A stretch of 64,000 bases of DNA from Myxococcota bacterium (GTDB taxonomy: Bacteria; Myxococcota_A; UBA9160; JAFDDA01): the NCBI GenBank assembly GCA_965228475.1, contig OZ245817.1, positions 2,784,001 through 2,848,000 of the forward strand, written 5' to 3'. Every line of letters starts with the position of its first letter. Position 1 is the stretch's first letter. The position numbers and the translations under genes were made by a program. Shown one piece after another: positions 1 through 10,969 of this stretch. Under the pieces are notes generated by a model, which saw only the letters and a program-made list of their open reading frames with translations, was not told the DNA's origin and did not search any database.

Positions 1-1
1 G

Positions 2-826
2 CTGGTCGAGCTGCGGGCCTTCGAGATGCCGCCCCACCCGCGCATGAGTCTCGTCCAGCAGCTTCTGCTGCGATCCCTCGTGGCCCGCTTCTGGCGCGAG
101 CCGTACCGGGCACCGCTCGCGCGGCACGGCACCGACCTCCACGACCGCTTCCTGCTGCCGCACCACGTCTGGACCGACTTCCGCTCGGTGCTCGCAGAAC
201 TCCGGGAGGCCGGGTTCGCCTTCGAGGACGCCTGGTTCGGCCCGCACTTCGAGTTCCGCTTCCCGCACGTCGGAACCCTCGAGACGGCCGGCTGCGAGAT
301 CGAGATCCGCCAGGCCCTCGAACCCTGGCACGTCCTCGGCGAGGAGGGCGCGGTCGGCGGGACCGCGCGCTTCGTCGATTCCTCCCTCGAACGCGTCCAG
401 GTCAAGGCCCGCGGGCTGACGGGCGGCCGCTATGCGGTCGGCTGCAACGGCGTGCGCCTCCCCCTCCAGCCGACGGGCGTGTCCGGAGAGTTCGTGGCCG
501 GCGTCCGCTATCGCGCATGGCAACCGGCCCGCTGCCTCCACCCGACCATCCCGGTCCACGCGCCGCTCACGTTCGACCTCCTCGATCTCTGGACGGGACG
601 GGCCGTGGCCGGCGGCCGCTACCACGTGGCGCACCCCGGCGGAGTGAACCACGAAACCTTTCCCGTCAATGCCTACGAAGCCGAGGGGCGCCGGCTCGCC
701 CGCTTCGCCGCGTTCGGGCACACCCCCGGCCCGCTCGAGCTCGTGGAACCCCCTGCGGCCACCGAGCATCCCGCTACTCTCGACCTGCGAGCCTGCTCCG
801 GGCCGTGGGGGAACCGATCGGCATGA
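2..826 (+). CDS. DUF2126-type transglutaminase-associated / putative amidoligase protein, C-terminal part (truncated at window start)
   Basis: Frame open from nt 2 ([24 protein letters not shown]); motifs [53 protein letters not shown] overlaps the next ATG. Confidence 0.85.
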   Translation: MVELRAFEMPPHPRMSLVQQLLLRSLVARFWREPYRAPLARHGTDLHDRFLLPHHVWTDFRSVLAELREAGFAFEDAWFGPHFEFRFPHVGTLETAGCEIEIRQALEPWHVLGEEGAVGGTARFVDSSLERVQVKARGLTGGRYAVGCNGVRLPLQPTGVSGEFVAGVRYRAWQPARCLHPTIPVHAPLTFDLLDLWTGRAVAGGRYHVAHPGGVNHETFPVNAYEAEGRRLARFAAFGHTPGPLELVEPPAATEHPATLDLRACSGPWGNRSA

Positions 827-2640
827 GCGAGCTCGTCGCCCTTTGCTTCGACGCCGACGCCTCTCCGCGCGTCGGCTTCTCCAAGACCCGGGACGCCCAT
901 CCGATGGACGGCGAACGCATCCACGGCTGGGGCGTCGGCTGGTATCCGGCGAGCGAGCGCGGCGCGACCGTCCTCAAGGACCCGGGCACCGAGACCCGGG
1001 ACGACGTCGGCACGGCGCTCGGCGGATGGGAACGCTTCCGGTCGACGCTCTTCCTCTGCCACCTGCGCGGGCACGATCGGCGCCAGTCCCAGCAGGACCT
1101 GCAGCCCTTCGTGCGCAGCTACGCGGGCCGTCAATGGATCTTCGCCCACGACGGCGACCTCACCCACGGCTGGCAGGAGCGCCTGCCGCTCCCCGACGAC
1201 CCGTCCTTCGAACCGCTCGGGCGGACGGACAGCGAGCACGCCTTCTGCTGGTTCTTGAGCCGGCTCCACCAGAGCCGCGCCCGTTCCCTGGCGGACGTCG
1301 ACGCGGCGGCGCTCGACGCGTGGCTCGGCGAGCTGAACGCCCAGGGCGAACTCAACCTGATCCTGTCCGACGGGGACATGCTGCTCGTCCACCGCGATCG
1401 GGTCGCCACCGACGCCCTCTACTGGACGCGCCTCATTCCCCCGCACGCCGGCCTCTCGCTGCGCTCCCTGGCCGTGGAGATCGACCTGAACGCCCCGCAG
1501 GATCCCCACCGGACGGCGCTCGTCTTCTCGAGCCGGCCGCTCTCCGAGGGCGCGTGGCGCCCCCTGGCCCCGGGACAGTGGATGTTGGCGCGGCGGGGCT
1601 CCGTCACCCACGACAGCGACCCGAGTGCCTCCGTCGAAGTCCTGACCGATCCCGCGACGCGGATGTCGGGCTCGCCTCCGGCCCAGGCGGAGGCCGGACA
1701 CCAGCAGGCCGGCGCCGAAGCCGCTCCGGCGATCGCGGCGCCCGCCTCGGCGCCGCCCTTCCTTCCCCAGCGCGACGAGCGGACGCTCGAAGTGGTCCAG
1801 GAGACCGTCTACCACTACCAGGAGCCGGTCGAACGCAGCTCCCACCGCATCCTCCTGAAGCCGGCGCAGGACGGCCTGCAAACTCTCGAAGCGTTCGAGT
1901 TCGACGTCTCCCCGGCGGGCACCACGGTCGAGTACGAAGACGTCTTCGGAAACTCCGCCTACGACGTCCAGATCAACTCACCCTACACCGAGCTGCGCAT
2001 CGCGAGCCGGGCGCGCGTTCGCGTGCAGTCCCCCGGCATCCTCGAAGCGCGTGCGCGCCGCGACACCATCCCGCTGGTCTGGATGCCCTCGCATCGCCAG
2101 ATGCTCCAGGCGTATCTGCTGCCGATGGAGCTCCCGGAAACCCAGCTCGAGGAGCTCTCCCGCTTCGCGATGAGCTTCGTCGAGCGAAACGACTTCGACC
2201 TCGTGAGCGTCCTGCTCGACATGAACGAGACGATCTACCGGGATTTCTCCTACGTCTCCGGCTCCACCTCGATCCACAGCACGCCCTTCGACGTCTACCA
2301 ATCCCGCGAAGGCGTCTGCCAGGACTTCGCGAACCTGATGATCTGCCTTGCTCGGCTCCTGAACGTCCCCGCGCGGTACCGGATGGGATACCTCTTCACG
2401 GGTGCCGACTACGAGAACAAGATCCAGTCCGAAGCGTCCCACGCGTGGCTCGAGCTCTACCTTCCGCGGCACGGGTGGCACGGCTTCGACCCCACCAACG
2501 CCCGTCAGATCGGGAGCGACCACGTGCGGGTCGCCGTCGGGCGCAACTACCGCGACGCCACCCCGACCACGGGGACCATCTACCGCGGTGGCGGCACGGA
2601 GACCCTGACGGTGAACGTGCAGGTCTCGGAGGTCGGCTAG
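823..2640 (+). CDS. Fusion of class II glutamine amidotransferase-like (YafJ/EgtC-like Ntn) domain and bacterial transglutaminase-like domain
   Basis: Likely start ATG 823 (ATGA overlap). N-half has [40 protein letters not shown]-half has the Cys-His-Asp triad GVCQDFA / SHAW / FDPT and VAVGRNYRD. Confidence 0.85.
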   Translation: MSELVALCFDADASPRVGFSKTRDAHPMDGERIHGWGVGWYPASERGATVLKDPGTETRDDVGTALGGWERFRSTLFLCHLRGHDRRQSQQDLQPFVRSYAGRQWIFAHDGDLTHGWQERLPLPDDPSFEPLGRTDSEHAFCWFLSRLHQSRARSLADVDAAALDAWLGELNAQGELNLILSDGDMLLVHRDRVATDALYWTRLIPPHAGLSLRSLAVEIDLNAPQDPHRTALVFSSRPLSEGAWRPLAPGQWMLARRGSVTHDSDPSASVEVLTDPATRMSGSPPAQAEAGHQQAGAEAAPAIAAPASAPPFLPQRDERTLEVVQETVYHYQEPVERSSHRILLKPAQDGLQTLEAFEFDVSPAGTTVEYEDVFGNSAYDVQINSPYTELRIASRARVRVQSPGILEARARRDTIPLVWMPSHRQMLQAYLLPMELPETQLEELSRFAMSFVERNDFDLVSVLLDMNETIYRDFSYVSGSTSIHSTPFDVYQSREGVCQDFANLMICLARLLNVPARYRMGYLFTGADYENKIQSEASHAWLELYLPRHGWHGFDPTNARQIGSDHVRVAVGRNYRDATPTTGTIYRGGGTETLTVNVQVSEVG

Positions 2641-2671
2641 CCGCCCCTCCCCCGAGCGCGCCCGCCGGCGC

Positions 2672-3685
2672 CTAGCCCTGCTTCTGGGTCTGCGTCTGCA
2701 CCTGGTCGTGCGTCCAGCTGGCCGTCAAGAGCACGGGGTCGAAGAACTCGACGCGCACCGTCTCGCAGATCTCCGCCGTCGCGTTCACCAGGTGGGTCAC
2801 GACCTCGTGGAGCCCGCGCTCGAGCACGGAGTCGACGTCGTGCGCCTGGAGCTCGTCGAGCGTCTTGGCCACGATCGCCTCGCTCGCGGAACCGCGCGTA
2901 TCCCCGCGCCCCGGGCGGACGAGGCCCAGGAAGTTCCGGGCCCGCAGCAGGTTGTGGATCACCGAGCGCGGGAAGGTCGGATCGAACAGGAGGAAGTCCG
3001 CGACGGCGCGGCCTCCGAGAATGCGATCCTCCCGCTTGACGAAGGTCTCGGCGCCCGAGCAGAAGCGCAGGGTCGCGATCCAGTGCGCGGCCTCGAGCGG
3101 CGACTCCTCGCCCGGGCGCGTCGGCCCGATGCTGTGATGCTTGATGTCGAGCAGACGCGCCGTCTGCCCCGCCCGCTCGAGCGAGGTTCCGAGCCGCATG
3201 AACTCGAACGGGTCTTCGTGGAGCATCGTGGCATGGGCGATGCCGTGGAACAGCCAGCACTGGTTGCGCAGCCGCAGATAGAAGGCCTGCCGGTCCGACC
3301 GGTAGAGCTTGCGCGCAGCCGGCTCGGCGAGCCAGACCCAGAGATCGTTCAGCGCCTCCCACATCTCGAGCGTGATGGTCTCGCGGATCGTGCGGGCGTT
3401 CTCCCGGGCGAAGCGGAGCGAGGAAGCGAGCGAGGCCGGGTTCTCCTCGTCCCAGGTCAGGTACTCCTGGACCGCTTCCGCATCGTCGAGCTTGCCCGCG
3501 TCGATCCGGCGGACGAAGTCCTCCTCCTGACCGGTCACGATCACGAGGGGCCGCCACCGTTCGGCATCGGCCATCGCGACGTCGAGCTGGAAGGAGAGGT
3601 TCACGCTGAGCATCCGTGCGAGCACTTCGACGCGCTCGACGTAGCGGTTCAGCCAGAAGCAGCTCTCGGCCACGCGCGAAATCAC
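2672..3685 (-). CDS. Alpha-E domain protein
   Basis: GTG at 3685 overlaps the upstream [46 protein letters not shown] motifs. Confidence 0.9.
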   Translation of the reverse strand: MISRVAESCFWLNRYVERVEVLARMLSVNLSFQLDVAMADAERWRPLVIVTGQEEDFVRRIDAGKLDDAEAVQEYLTWDEENPASLASSLRFARENARTIRETITLEMWEALNDLWVWLAEPAARKLYRSDRQAFYLRLRNQCWLFHGIAHATMLHEDPFEFMRLGTSLERAGQTARLLDIKHHSIGPTRPGEESPLEAAHWIATLRFCSGAETFVKREDRILGGRAVADFLLFDPTFPRSVIHNLLRARNFLGLVRPGRGDTRGSASEAIVAKTLDELQAHDVDSVLERGLHEVVTHLVNATAEICETVRVEFFDPVLLTASWTHDQVQTQTQKQG

Positions 3686-5142
3686 GGCCCGCCCTCCAGC
3701 ACCCACGTGTCCTTGGAGCCCCCACCCTGGCTCGAGTTCACGACGTAGGAACCCTCCACCAGCGCCACGCGCGTCAGGCCACCCGGCAGGACCCAGCTCT
3801 CCTTCCCCGTCACGATGTAGGGCCGGAGATCCACGCGGCGCGGCCCGACGCTCGAGCCCGCCCAGGTCGGGCACGTCGAAAGCTCGATCCGCGGCTGCGC
3901 GATGTACTTCCTCGGGTTGGCCTTCACCTTCTCGCGGAACTCCGCGCACTCGGCCTTGGAGGCCTGGGGGCCGATCAGCATCCCGTACCCCCCGGCGCCA
4001 TCGACCGCCTTCACGACCAGCTCTTCGATGTGCTCGAGGACGTAGTCGCGGTCCGAGTCCCGGTCGCAGACGTAGGTCTCGACCTGTCCGAGCTTCGGCT
4101 CCTCCGACAGATAGAACCGGACCATGTCCGGCACGTAGGGGTAGATGCCCTTGTCGTCCGCGACGCCGTTGCCGATCGCGTTCGCGATCGCGACGTTGCC
4201 CTTCGCGTAGGCGCCAAACAGCCCGCGCACTCCGAGCAGGCTCGTCTTGTCGAACACGAGCGGGTCGAGGAAGGGGTCGTCGATGCGCCGGTAGATCACG
4301 TCGACCGGCCGCGGGCCGAGGGTGGTCTTCGCGAAGACGCGGTCGTCGTCGACGAACAGGTCGCTGCCCTGGACGAGGGCCAGCCCCATCCGGCGCGCGA
4401 GGAAGCTGTGCTCGAAGTACGCGGAGTTGAACGGGCCCGGTGTGAGCACGACGGCCGCATCGGCGTCGCCGCCCGGCCCGACCGAAGCGAGCGCATCGCG
4501 CAGGCGGATCGGGTACTCCTCGACGCTCGCCACATGGGACTCGGCGAAGACGTACGGGAAGACCTTCTTCATCACGGTGCGATTCTCGAGGGCGTAGGAC
4601 ACCCCCGAGGGCGTCCGCGCGTTGTCCTCGAGGACGAGGAAGCCGCCCTGTTCGTCGCGAATGAGGTCGATGCCCGCGATGTGGACGTAGACGCCGCCGG
4701 GCGGGACGATGCCCGCCACTTCGGGCGTGTAGCCCTCCGCGCCGAGCACCAGCTCCCTCGGGATGATCTTTTCCTTCAGGATCCGCTGTTCGCCGTAGAC
4801 GTCCGCCAGGAAGGCATTGAGCGCCTGCACCCGCTGCTCGAGGCCTTCGCGCAGGTCGGACCACTCCTTCGCAGGGATGATCCGCGGGATCAGATCGAAG
4901 GGGAAGATCCGCTCCGAGCCGCGCTGATCCGAGTAGACCGAGAAGGTGATCCCGCTCTTCAGGAAGGTCGAGTCCGCGAGCTTGCGGCGCGCTTTGAACT
5001 CGCGCGCGCCGAGCGCATCGAGGCGCTCGAGGATCCGCCGGGCCTCGGGCCGGACCTCTCCGGCCGCGTCGAAGCACTCGTCGAAGGCCCCCTCGAGCGG
5101 CGCGTAACCCTGGAACAGCGAAGCGGGAACGGGAGCGGACAT
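3682..5142 (-). CDS. Circularly permuted type 2 ATP-grasp protein
   Basis: [70 protein letters not shown]. Confidence 0.93.
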   Translation of the reverse strand: MSAPVPASLFQGYAPLEGAFDECFDAAGEVRPEARRILERLDALGAREFKARRKLADSTFLKSGITFSVYSDQRGSERIFPFDLIPRIIPAKEWSDLREGLEQRVQALNAFLADVYGEQRILKEKIIPRELVLGAEGYTPEVAGIVPPGGVYVHIAGIDLIRDEQGGFLVLEDNARTPSGVSYALENRTVMKKVFPYVFAESHVASVEEYPIRLRDALASVGPGGDADAAVVLTPGPFNSAYFEHSFLARRMGLALVQGSDLFVDDDRVFAKTTLGPRPVDVIYRRIDDPFLDPLVFDKTSLLGVRGLFGAYAKGNVAIANAIGNGVADDKGIYPYVPDMVRFYLSEEPKLGQVETYVCDRDSDRDYVLEHIEELVVKAVDGAGGYGMLIGPQASKAECAEFREKVKANPRKYIAQPRIELSTCPTWAGSSVGPRRVDLRPYIVTGKESWVLPGGLTRVALVEGSYVVNSSQGGGSKDTWVLEGGP

Positions 5143-5258
5143 TCGGGTCGAGGGGTCCTCCGGAGGAAGCCGGAGTCTAGAACGGGTTCGGACCGTTTGC
5201 AGACCCCCGGCCGCTCGCGAGGTGGACGCTGCAGCGTCTCGGGATAGCCTGCAACCCG

Positions 5259-6149
5259 ATGAAGATCGCCATGACCGTGCTGCTTTCCGCCCTGTCCCTC
5301 CCCTCCGTCGCCGAGGCCCAGGGCCCTCCCTCCTCTTCCGACGGCCTGCGCGGACGGATCGAGACCTCGGGAAGTCACACCTTCGAGCAGGGGCTCGACG
5401 GCCCGGGCCGCGTCGCGCTCTCGCGTGCGGGGGTCACCGGCTCCTTCGACGCGCCGGTGGCGCCGGGCCTGCGCGCCGGCCTGTTCGGGGGCTACGAGCT
5501 CGCGCACTACGCCTTCGACGGAGCAACGGGCCTGATCCCCGGCCGGAGCGACCCCTTCGACGATTTCCATCGGGTGACGGCCGGCTTCCAGCTCGACTGG
5601 CGCCGCGACCGCTTCAGCCTGTTCGCGCGGCTCGGGGCCACCTGGGCCGGCGAGAGCGACGCATCGCTCGGCGGCGGCGTGACCTGGCAGGGCTTCGGAG
5701 GAGTCCGCTGGCAGTACCGGGACGACCTGGCCTTCACGTTCGGGTTGCTCGGCTTCACCCGGCTCGAAGACGATGCCTTGATCGTCCCGATCGTGGGCGT
5801 CGACTGGCGCATCAACGACCGCCTGCGCCTGTTCACGCCGGGCCCGGGCCTCGCTCTCGTCGCGAAGCTCGACCACGGGCTGAGCCTCACCCTGCGGGGC
5901 GGCTGGGAAGGCCGGGATTATCGCCTCGACGGCGGCCGACGCGGCCTGCGCTCGGGCGTGGTCCGCGACGACCGGGTGCCGATCTCCCTAGAACTCAGCA
6001 CCTCCCGCGGACCGCTGCGCCTCGGCGTGCAACTCGGCGCCACCGTGTACCAGCAGTTCGAGATCGACGACCGCACCGGCGATCGCATCTCCCGGGTGGA
6101 GACCGATCCGGCCCCGTTCCTGGGCCTGCGCGGCGCGTTCCGCTTCTAG
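5259..6149 (+). CDS. Outer-membrane beta-barrel protein (DUF6268-like)
   Basis: Signal peptide (AEA), alternating amphipathic strands, C-terminal Phe (GAFRF). Confidence 0.65.
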   Translation: MKIAMTVLLSALSLPSVAEAQGPPSSSDGLRGRIETSGSHTFEQGLDGPGRVALSRAGVTGSFDAPVAPGLRAGLFGGYELAHYAFDGATGLIPGRSDPFDDFHRVTAGFQLDWRRDRFSLFARLGATWAGESDASLGGGVTWQGFGGVRWQYRDDLAFTFGLLGFTRLEDDALIVPIVGVDWRINDRLRLFTPGPGLALVAKLDHGLSLTLRGGWEGRDYRLDGGRRGLRSGVVRDDRVPISLELSTSRGPLRLGVQLGATVYQQFEIDDRTGDRISRVETDPAPFLGLRGAFRF

Positions 6150-6177
6150 CGGCCAGCAGCAGGCCGGATGGCCGCGT

Positions 6178-7041
6178 TCAACGGGACGCGAAGGCCGCGA
6201 TCAGCTCGGCCAGCCGCTCGGGTTGGTCCCAGCAGACGAGCGTCTTGCAGTCCTCGATCATCACGAGCTCCGCGGTGGGAACCTCCGCGCAGAAGCGTTC
6301 GGCCAGGGACGGCTTGAAGGCCCGGTCGTCGGCGCCCCAGGCGACGAGGAACGGGAGCTTCGTCGAGCGCAGCGCGGCGGCCGCGCGGTTCGTGACGTCC
6401 GGGCCGAACCCCTTCAGCACCTCGAGCGCATCGCGGCGGACCTTCTCGTTCGCGAGCAGGGCGTCGGCCCAGCGGTCGATCTTCTCGCCGTCGATCTCGT
6501 TCGCGAGCAGCCCGAAGACGAAGGGCAAGCCCCAGAGTGCACGGATCTTCAACACGCGCCCGAGGATCGACATGCTTCCGGGGAGGTAGGGCAACAGGTT
6601 GAAGTAGCCGAAGATCTTCGGCGGGAAGTCGTCGTACATGTCGCAGTTGGTCAGGACGACGCGCCCGAGGCGCTCGGGGTGGTTCGTGGCGACCACCTGG
6701 GAGATCGCCCCGCCGCTGTCGTTTCCGACGAGCGTCACGTCCTTCACGTCGAGCTGTTCGAGCAGCTCGGCCACGGCGCGGGCCAGACCGTCCGGTGAGA
6801 GGTCGGCACCGTCATCGGCGGGCAGGCGATGGGCCCCCATCGGCAGGGTCGGCAGGATGCAGCGGAACCGGTCCGAGAGGAGCGGCGGCATCCGGTCCCA
6901 GTGGGACGCCTCCGCGAGCACGAGGTGAAGGAAGACCACGACCGGGCCCTCGCCGATGTCGCGGTATTCGATCGTTCCGAGATGGGTCCGCGCGAGCTTC
7001 GGCTCCGGCCACGGGTGGCTGCGGCGGGCAGTTTCGTCCAT
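6178..7041 (-). CDS. Alpha/beta fold hydrolase
   Basis: GEGPVVVFLH, nucleophile elbow GNDSGG, AWGADD. Confidence 0.85.
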   Translation of the reverse strand: MDETARRSHPWPEPKLARTHLGTIEYRDIGEGPVVVFLHLVLAEASHWDRMPPLLSDRFRCILPTLPMGAHRLPADDGADLSPDGLARAVAELLEQLDVKDVTLVGNDSGGAISQVVATNHPERLGRVVLTNCDMYDDFPPKIFGYFNLLPYLPGSMSILGRVLKIRALWGLPFVFGLLANEIDGEKIDRWADALLANEKVRRDALEVLKGFGPDVTNRAAAALRSTKLPFLVAWGADDRAFKPSLAERFCAEVPTAELVMIEDCKTLVCWDQPERLAELIAAFASR

Positions 7042-7057
7042 GGAGGATCCTCCGGCT

Positions 7058-7102
7058 GAGTTGTAGTAATCACTACAACTCTAGTTGTAGTCACTGCTAC
7101 AA
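7058..7102. promoter_or_regulatory. Tandem palindromic operators, probably for the adjacent TetR
   Basis: GAGTTGTAGT-aatc-ACTACAACTC (7058-7081, perfect 10-bp arms) and TTGTAG-tcactg-CTACAA (7085-7102) between divergent hydrolase and tetR genes. Confidence 0.8.
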
Positions 7103-7114
7103 TCAAGGCCGTTC

Positions 7115-7651
7115 ATGGGACCCAAGCACGACAAAGCCGCCATCCTCGAAGCGGCCCTCGCCGCCGCCCTCGAGGACGGCCTGAGCCGCCTGAGCTTCGG
7201 CCGCCTGGCGAAGCGCCTCGGCATCCGAGACCGGACGGTCGTCTACTACTTCCCGACGAAGGACGACCTCGTCCGCGAGGTGCTCACCGCCCTCGGGCTG
7301 GAGTTCCAGGAGACCCTCGCCGCCGCCTTCAAGACCCGGGCCGCCGACCACCTCGAACTGCTGCGCGCAGCCTGGAGCGTCCTCGCCCACCCGAAGGTCG
7401 ACCCCCTGTTCGCCCTCTTCTTCGAAGCCAATGGGCTCGCCGCCTCGGGCCAGGAGCCGTACCGCTCGGTCGTCCCGGCGCTGGTGGAGGCCTGGATCCT
7501 CTGGGCCGCGGAGTTCGTCGAGGGCCCGGCGAAGAAGCGCCGGACCGAGGCCGAGACGGCCGTCGCCGTGCTCGACGGCCTGCTGCTCCTGCGCCAGCTC
7601 GCCGGGCCGGCCGCGGCCAATCGGGCCGCGCGCCGGCTCGGGGTCCGCTAG
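7115..7651 (+). CDS. TetR/AcrR family transcriptional regulator
   Basis: N-terminal HTH: ILEAAL...LSFGRLAKRLGI...VVYYFPTKDDL. Confidence 0.9.
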   Translation: MGPKHDKAAILEAALAAALEDGLSRLSFGRLAKRLGIRDRTVVYYFPTKDDLVREVLTALGLEFQETLAAAFKTRAADHLELLRAAWSVLAHPKVDPLFALFFEANGLAASGQEPYRSVVPALVEAWILWAAEFVEGPAKKRRTEAETAVAVLDGLLLLRQLAGPAAANRAARRLGVR

Positions 7652-7777
7652 CCCGAGGCGAGGGGCCGCTCCAAAACCTTCGATATTCTCGATGGTTGGA
7701 GCCGGGACGTCCCGCGGCCCCATCCCTTCGGGAAACGGAGGATTCCAAGGCTACAATCGCGCCTTTGGGGGTTCACG

Positions 7778-8359
7778 ATGGAATCGAAAGCGCCGGAAGG
7801 CCGCGGGGGCACCGGCCCCGCGCGAGTCGGCATCGTGATGGGCTCACGCTCGGACTGGGACACCCTACGGGCGGCTTCGGAGACGCTCGAGCGCCTCGGC
7901 GTCCCCCACGAGACCCGCGTCGTCTCGGCCCACCGAACGCCCGACCTGCTCATGGAGTACGCCGCGACGGCAGCGGACCGCGGGCTCGAGGTCCTGATCG
8001 CCGGGGCCGGCGGCGCCGCGCACCTGCCGGGAATGCTGGCGGCCAAGACGTGGCTCCCGGTCTTCGGCGTTCCGGTGCAGAGCCGCGCGCTCCGGGGCAT
8101 CGACTCGCTGCTCTCGATCGCCCAGATGCCGCGCGGCATCCCGGTCGGGACGCTGGCCATCGGCGAGGCCGGAGCCGCCAATGCCGCCCTGCTCGCGGCC
8201 TCCGTGCTCGCGGTCACCACGCCCGAGGTTCGTGACGCCCTGGTCGCCTTCCGGGAGCGACAGACCGCGGCAGTGCTCGCCGACCCCGATCCTTCCCGAG
8301 AGCCCTCGATCGGCCCGGCCACGCCCCCCGCCGGAAAGGCGCGGAAAGGCTCGCGATGA
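7778..8359 (+). CDS. purE: N5-CAIR mutase
   Basis: [43 protein letters not shown]. Confidence 0.97.
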   Translation: MESKAPEGRGGTGPARVGIVMGSRSDWDTLRAASETLERLGVPHETRVVSAHRTPDLLMEYAATAADRGLEVLIAGAGGAAHLPGMLAAKTWLPVFGVPVQSRALRGIDSLLSIAQMPRGIPVGTLAIGEAGAANAALLAASVLAVTTPEVRDALVAFRERQTAAVLADPDPSREPSIGPATPPAGKARKGSR

Positions 8360-9429
8360 AGGTCGCCATCCTCGGCGGCGGCCAGCTCGCGCGCATGATG
8401 GCCGTGGCCGGCCACCGGCTCGGGATCGAAACCTTCGTTCTCGACCCGAAGCCCGACGCCCCGGCCGCCGCCGTCGCCCACCACCTGCTCGGCGCCCTCG
8501 ACGACGCCGCGGGCCTCGAGGCCCTGGCCCACTGCGACGTCGCGACCGCGGAGTTCGATCACGCTCCGCCGCATGCGCTGGCCTGGCTTCAGGAGCGCAT
8601 GCCCGTCCGCCCCGGGCCCGAGGCCTTCGCCATCGCCGGCGATCGGGTACGCGAGAAAGAGCTCCTCCGCTCGCTCGACATCGAGACTACGCGCTTCGCC
8701 GCAGTGGCGAGCGAAGCGGATCTCGACGCGGCGGTGGCGTCCGTCGGGCTCCCGGCGATCCTGAAGACCCGCTTCGAAGGCTACGACGGCAAGGGACAGC
8801 GAACGGTCCGCACCGCCACCGAGGCCACCGAGGCCTGGCGCGTCCTCGGCGCCGGTCCCATGATCCTCGAGGCGCGGGTCCCCTTCTCGCGGGAGGTTTC
8901 CATCCTCGCGGTTCGCGGCCACGACGGCGAGGTCCGCTTCTGGAACCCGGTCGAGAACGTCCACGAAGGAGGCATCCTGCGCACGTCGCGTCCGCTGCCC
9001 TCGGAAGCGTGCACGCCGCTGCACCGGGAGGGGGAGAAGGCCGTCGCCCGGCTCCTCTCCGCCCTCGACTACGTCGGCGTCCTGTGCGTGGAGTTCTTCG
9101 AGTGCGAGGGCCGGCTCCTCGCGAACGAAATGGCGTGCCGCGTCCACAACTCCGGCCACTGGACGGAGGAAGGCGCGGAGACGGGACAGTTCGAGAACCA
9201 CCTGCGCGCCGTGGCCGGCTGGCCTCTCGGCGGTACCGACCTGCTCGGGCCGACGGCGATGGTGAACCTGATCGGGGAAGTCCCGCCGCGGGAACGGCTG
9301 CTCTCCATCCCGGGCGCCCGGGTCCACCTCTACGGGAAGACGCCGGCCCCCGGCCGCAAGCTCGGCCACGTGACGCTCCGCGCCCGCGACGAAGCGAGCC
9401 TCGACCGCGCACTCGCCCGCGCCGTCTGA
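8356..9429 (+). CDS. purK: N5-CAIR synthase
   Basis: [56 protein letters not shown]-coupled to purE. Confidence 0.96.
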   Translation: MKVAILGGGQLARMMAVAGHRLGIETFVLDPKPDAPAAAVAHHLLGALDDAAGLEALAHCDVATAEFDHAPPHALAWLQERMPVRPGPEAFAIAGDRVREKELLRSLDIETTRFAAVASEADLDAAVASVGLPAILKTRFEGYDGKGQRTVRTATEATEAWRVLGAGPMILEARVPFSREVSILAVRGHDGEVRFWNPVENVHEGGILRTSRPLPSEACTPLHREGEKAVARLLSALDYVGVLCVEFFECEGRLLANEMACRVHNSGHWTEEGAETGQFENHLRAVAGWPLGGTDLLGPTAMVNLIGEVPPRERLLSIPGARVHLYGKTPAPGRKLGHVTLRARDEASLDRALARAV

Positions 9430-9442
9430 AACCGCTCCGGCC

Positions 9443-10003
9443 TCAGCGCCCCATCTCATCGAGCGCCGCCAGGACGTCCGCGTTGGGCGGGAGGTCCGAC
9501 GGCTCCTTCGACTTGTACTCGAAGCGCGCGGTCCCGCCTGCGTCGACCACGACGACGCCCGGAAGTCGCAGGACGTCCGCCGCGGGCAGCGCCGCCCCCC
9601 GCATGTCGGCCTGGAGGACGAGGCGCATCGTCTCGAGCGGGTCGGTCACGAGGGAGCGGCCGAGCACCGTCCACCAGTTGCCCCGCAGCATGCCGAAGGC
9701 CTGGTACGCCGCGGCCTTGGGATCCCCGAGGATCGGGAAGCCGACGCCCCACTGGTCGGCGTAGTCCGCCGCCTGGTCCCCCGTCCCCTGGCCGACGGCG
9801 AAGACGCCCGCGCCGCGGGAGTCGAACGCGTCGATCTCTTCTTGCACCTGGACCAGGTGCCGGCGGCAGAAGGGTCAGCCGAAGTGGCGCAGGAAGATCA
9901 GTACGGCCGCGCGGTCACGCCAGCAGTCGGCGAGTGCGACCGCGCCGTCTTCGTCCTCGACCCGGACGTGCGGCGCCGGGCGGTCGATGGCTTCGAGCGA
10001 CAT
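9443..10003 (-). CDS. AhpC/TSA-type (peroxiredoxin-like 2 / SelL-related) redoxin, predicted selenoprotein with U43 in a UxxC motif
   Basis: ATG 10003 with GGAGG RBS; one frame reads LIFLRHFG*PFCRRHL with in-frame TGA at 9875-9877, joining the listed 134-aa ORF; hairpin follows the TGA. Confidence 0.88.
9838..9874 (-). promoter_or_regulatory. Putative bacterial SECIS element
   Basis: UGA-CC-CUUCU-gccgccg-GCACCUG-guc-CAGGUGC-a-AGAAG: perfect 7-bp upper stem plus 5-bp lower stem, apical GGUC about 20 nt after UGA. Confidence 0.75.
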
Positions 10004-10033
10004 GGAGTCCTCCGCGCGCTAGGTAGTCTCAGG

Positions 10034-10924
10034 CTAGGGCGCCAGGCCGACTTCTTCGGCGACGCCGCGCACGAACAGCGGCGTGATCTCGTGGGCCTCG
10101 GTATCGGCCCGCATCGCCTCGTCCGTGGGCGCCGTGATCGTCTCGCTCGCTACCTCGAGCGTTGTGCGCAGGAGCCTCGCGTCGCTCGAGGTATTCAGGA
10201 AGTGGCCGGGCCGCGCCAACACGAAGTGGACGGCGCGGCGGATCGCTTCCGGATCCATGAGCGGCTCGTACCAGCTGAAGGCGCGTTCGGGCGCGCCGTC
10301 CCAGCGGCGCCGGGCGAGCGATTTGATGGTCTGCAGGGCGACGCCCCGCTCGCGGCACACCTCAGCCAGCGCCTCGAAGCTCTCGGCGTATTCCGGGTCC
10401 TGGAGCATCGTCCAGTTGCACGGAGCCAGCACCGAGGCGAACTCGAACCGCTCGAGGCTGCGGCGGTGCATGCCCGGCGCCCAGGTCCCGTGCCCCGTGA
10501 CGCCGATGTGGCGGACGAGGCCCTCCTCGCGGGCCCGCGCGAGCGCCTCGACGGCGCCGCCCGGCGCGAAGGCGGCCTGCCACTGTTCCTCGTGGACGAG
10601 GTTGTGGAGCTGGATCAGGTCGAGCCGATCGGTGCGGAGCCGCTCGAGGGAGCGTTCGAGGTTCGCGCGCGCGCCCTCGCCGCCCCGTTCGCGGGTCTTC
10701 GTCGCCAGGAAGAAGCGGTCCCGGTGCCGCTCCATCCACGGCCCGATGCGGAGCTCCGAGTCGCCGTAGCCCTCGGCCGTGTCGATGTGGTTGATCCCGA
10801 ACTCGAGGAGCGTGGCGAGCACTTCGTCGGCCCGTTCCTGGGTCATCCCGCCGAGGGCCGCGGCACCGAACAGGACCCGGGTGCTCTCGTGACCGGTTCG
10901 GCCGAAGGGAAGGATCTCGATCAA
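10034..10924 (-). CDS. Aldo/keto reductase
   Basis: FGRTG, INHIDTAEGYGDSE, LATKT, SLERLRTDRLDLIQLH, IGVTGH; TTG start. Confidence 0.9.
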   Translation of the reverse strand: MIEILPFGRTGHESTRVLFGAAALGGMTQERADEVLATLLEFGINHIDTAEGYGDSELRIGPWMERHRDRFFLATKTRERGGEGARANLERSLERLRTDRLDLIQLHNLVHEEQWQAAFAPGGAVEALARAREEGLVRHIGVTGHGTWAPGMHRRSLERFEFASVLAPCNWTMLQDPEYAESFEALAEVCRERGVALQTIKSLARRRWDGAPERAFSWYEPLMDPEAIRRAVHFVLARPGHFLNTSSDARLLRTTLEVASETITAPTDEAMRADTEAHEITPLFVRGVAEEVGLAP

Positions 10925-10969
10925 GGGGGAACCTCCGAGCGATGGACTGCGTCGAAGCAGGGTACCACC

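Noticed and set aside
7058..7102. Repeated GTTGTAG/CTACAAC units as a mini-CRISPR
   Set aside because: Only two short palindromes, no spacers and no cas genes; position fits TetR operators
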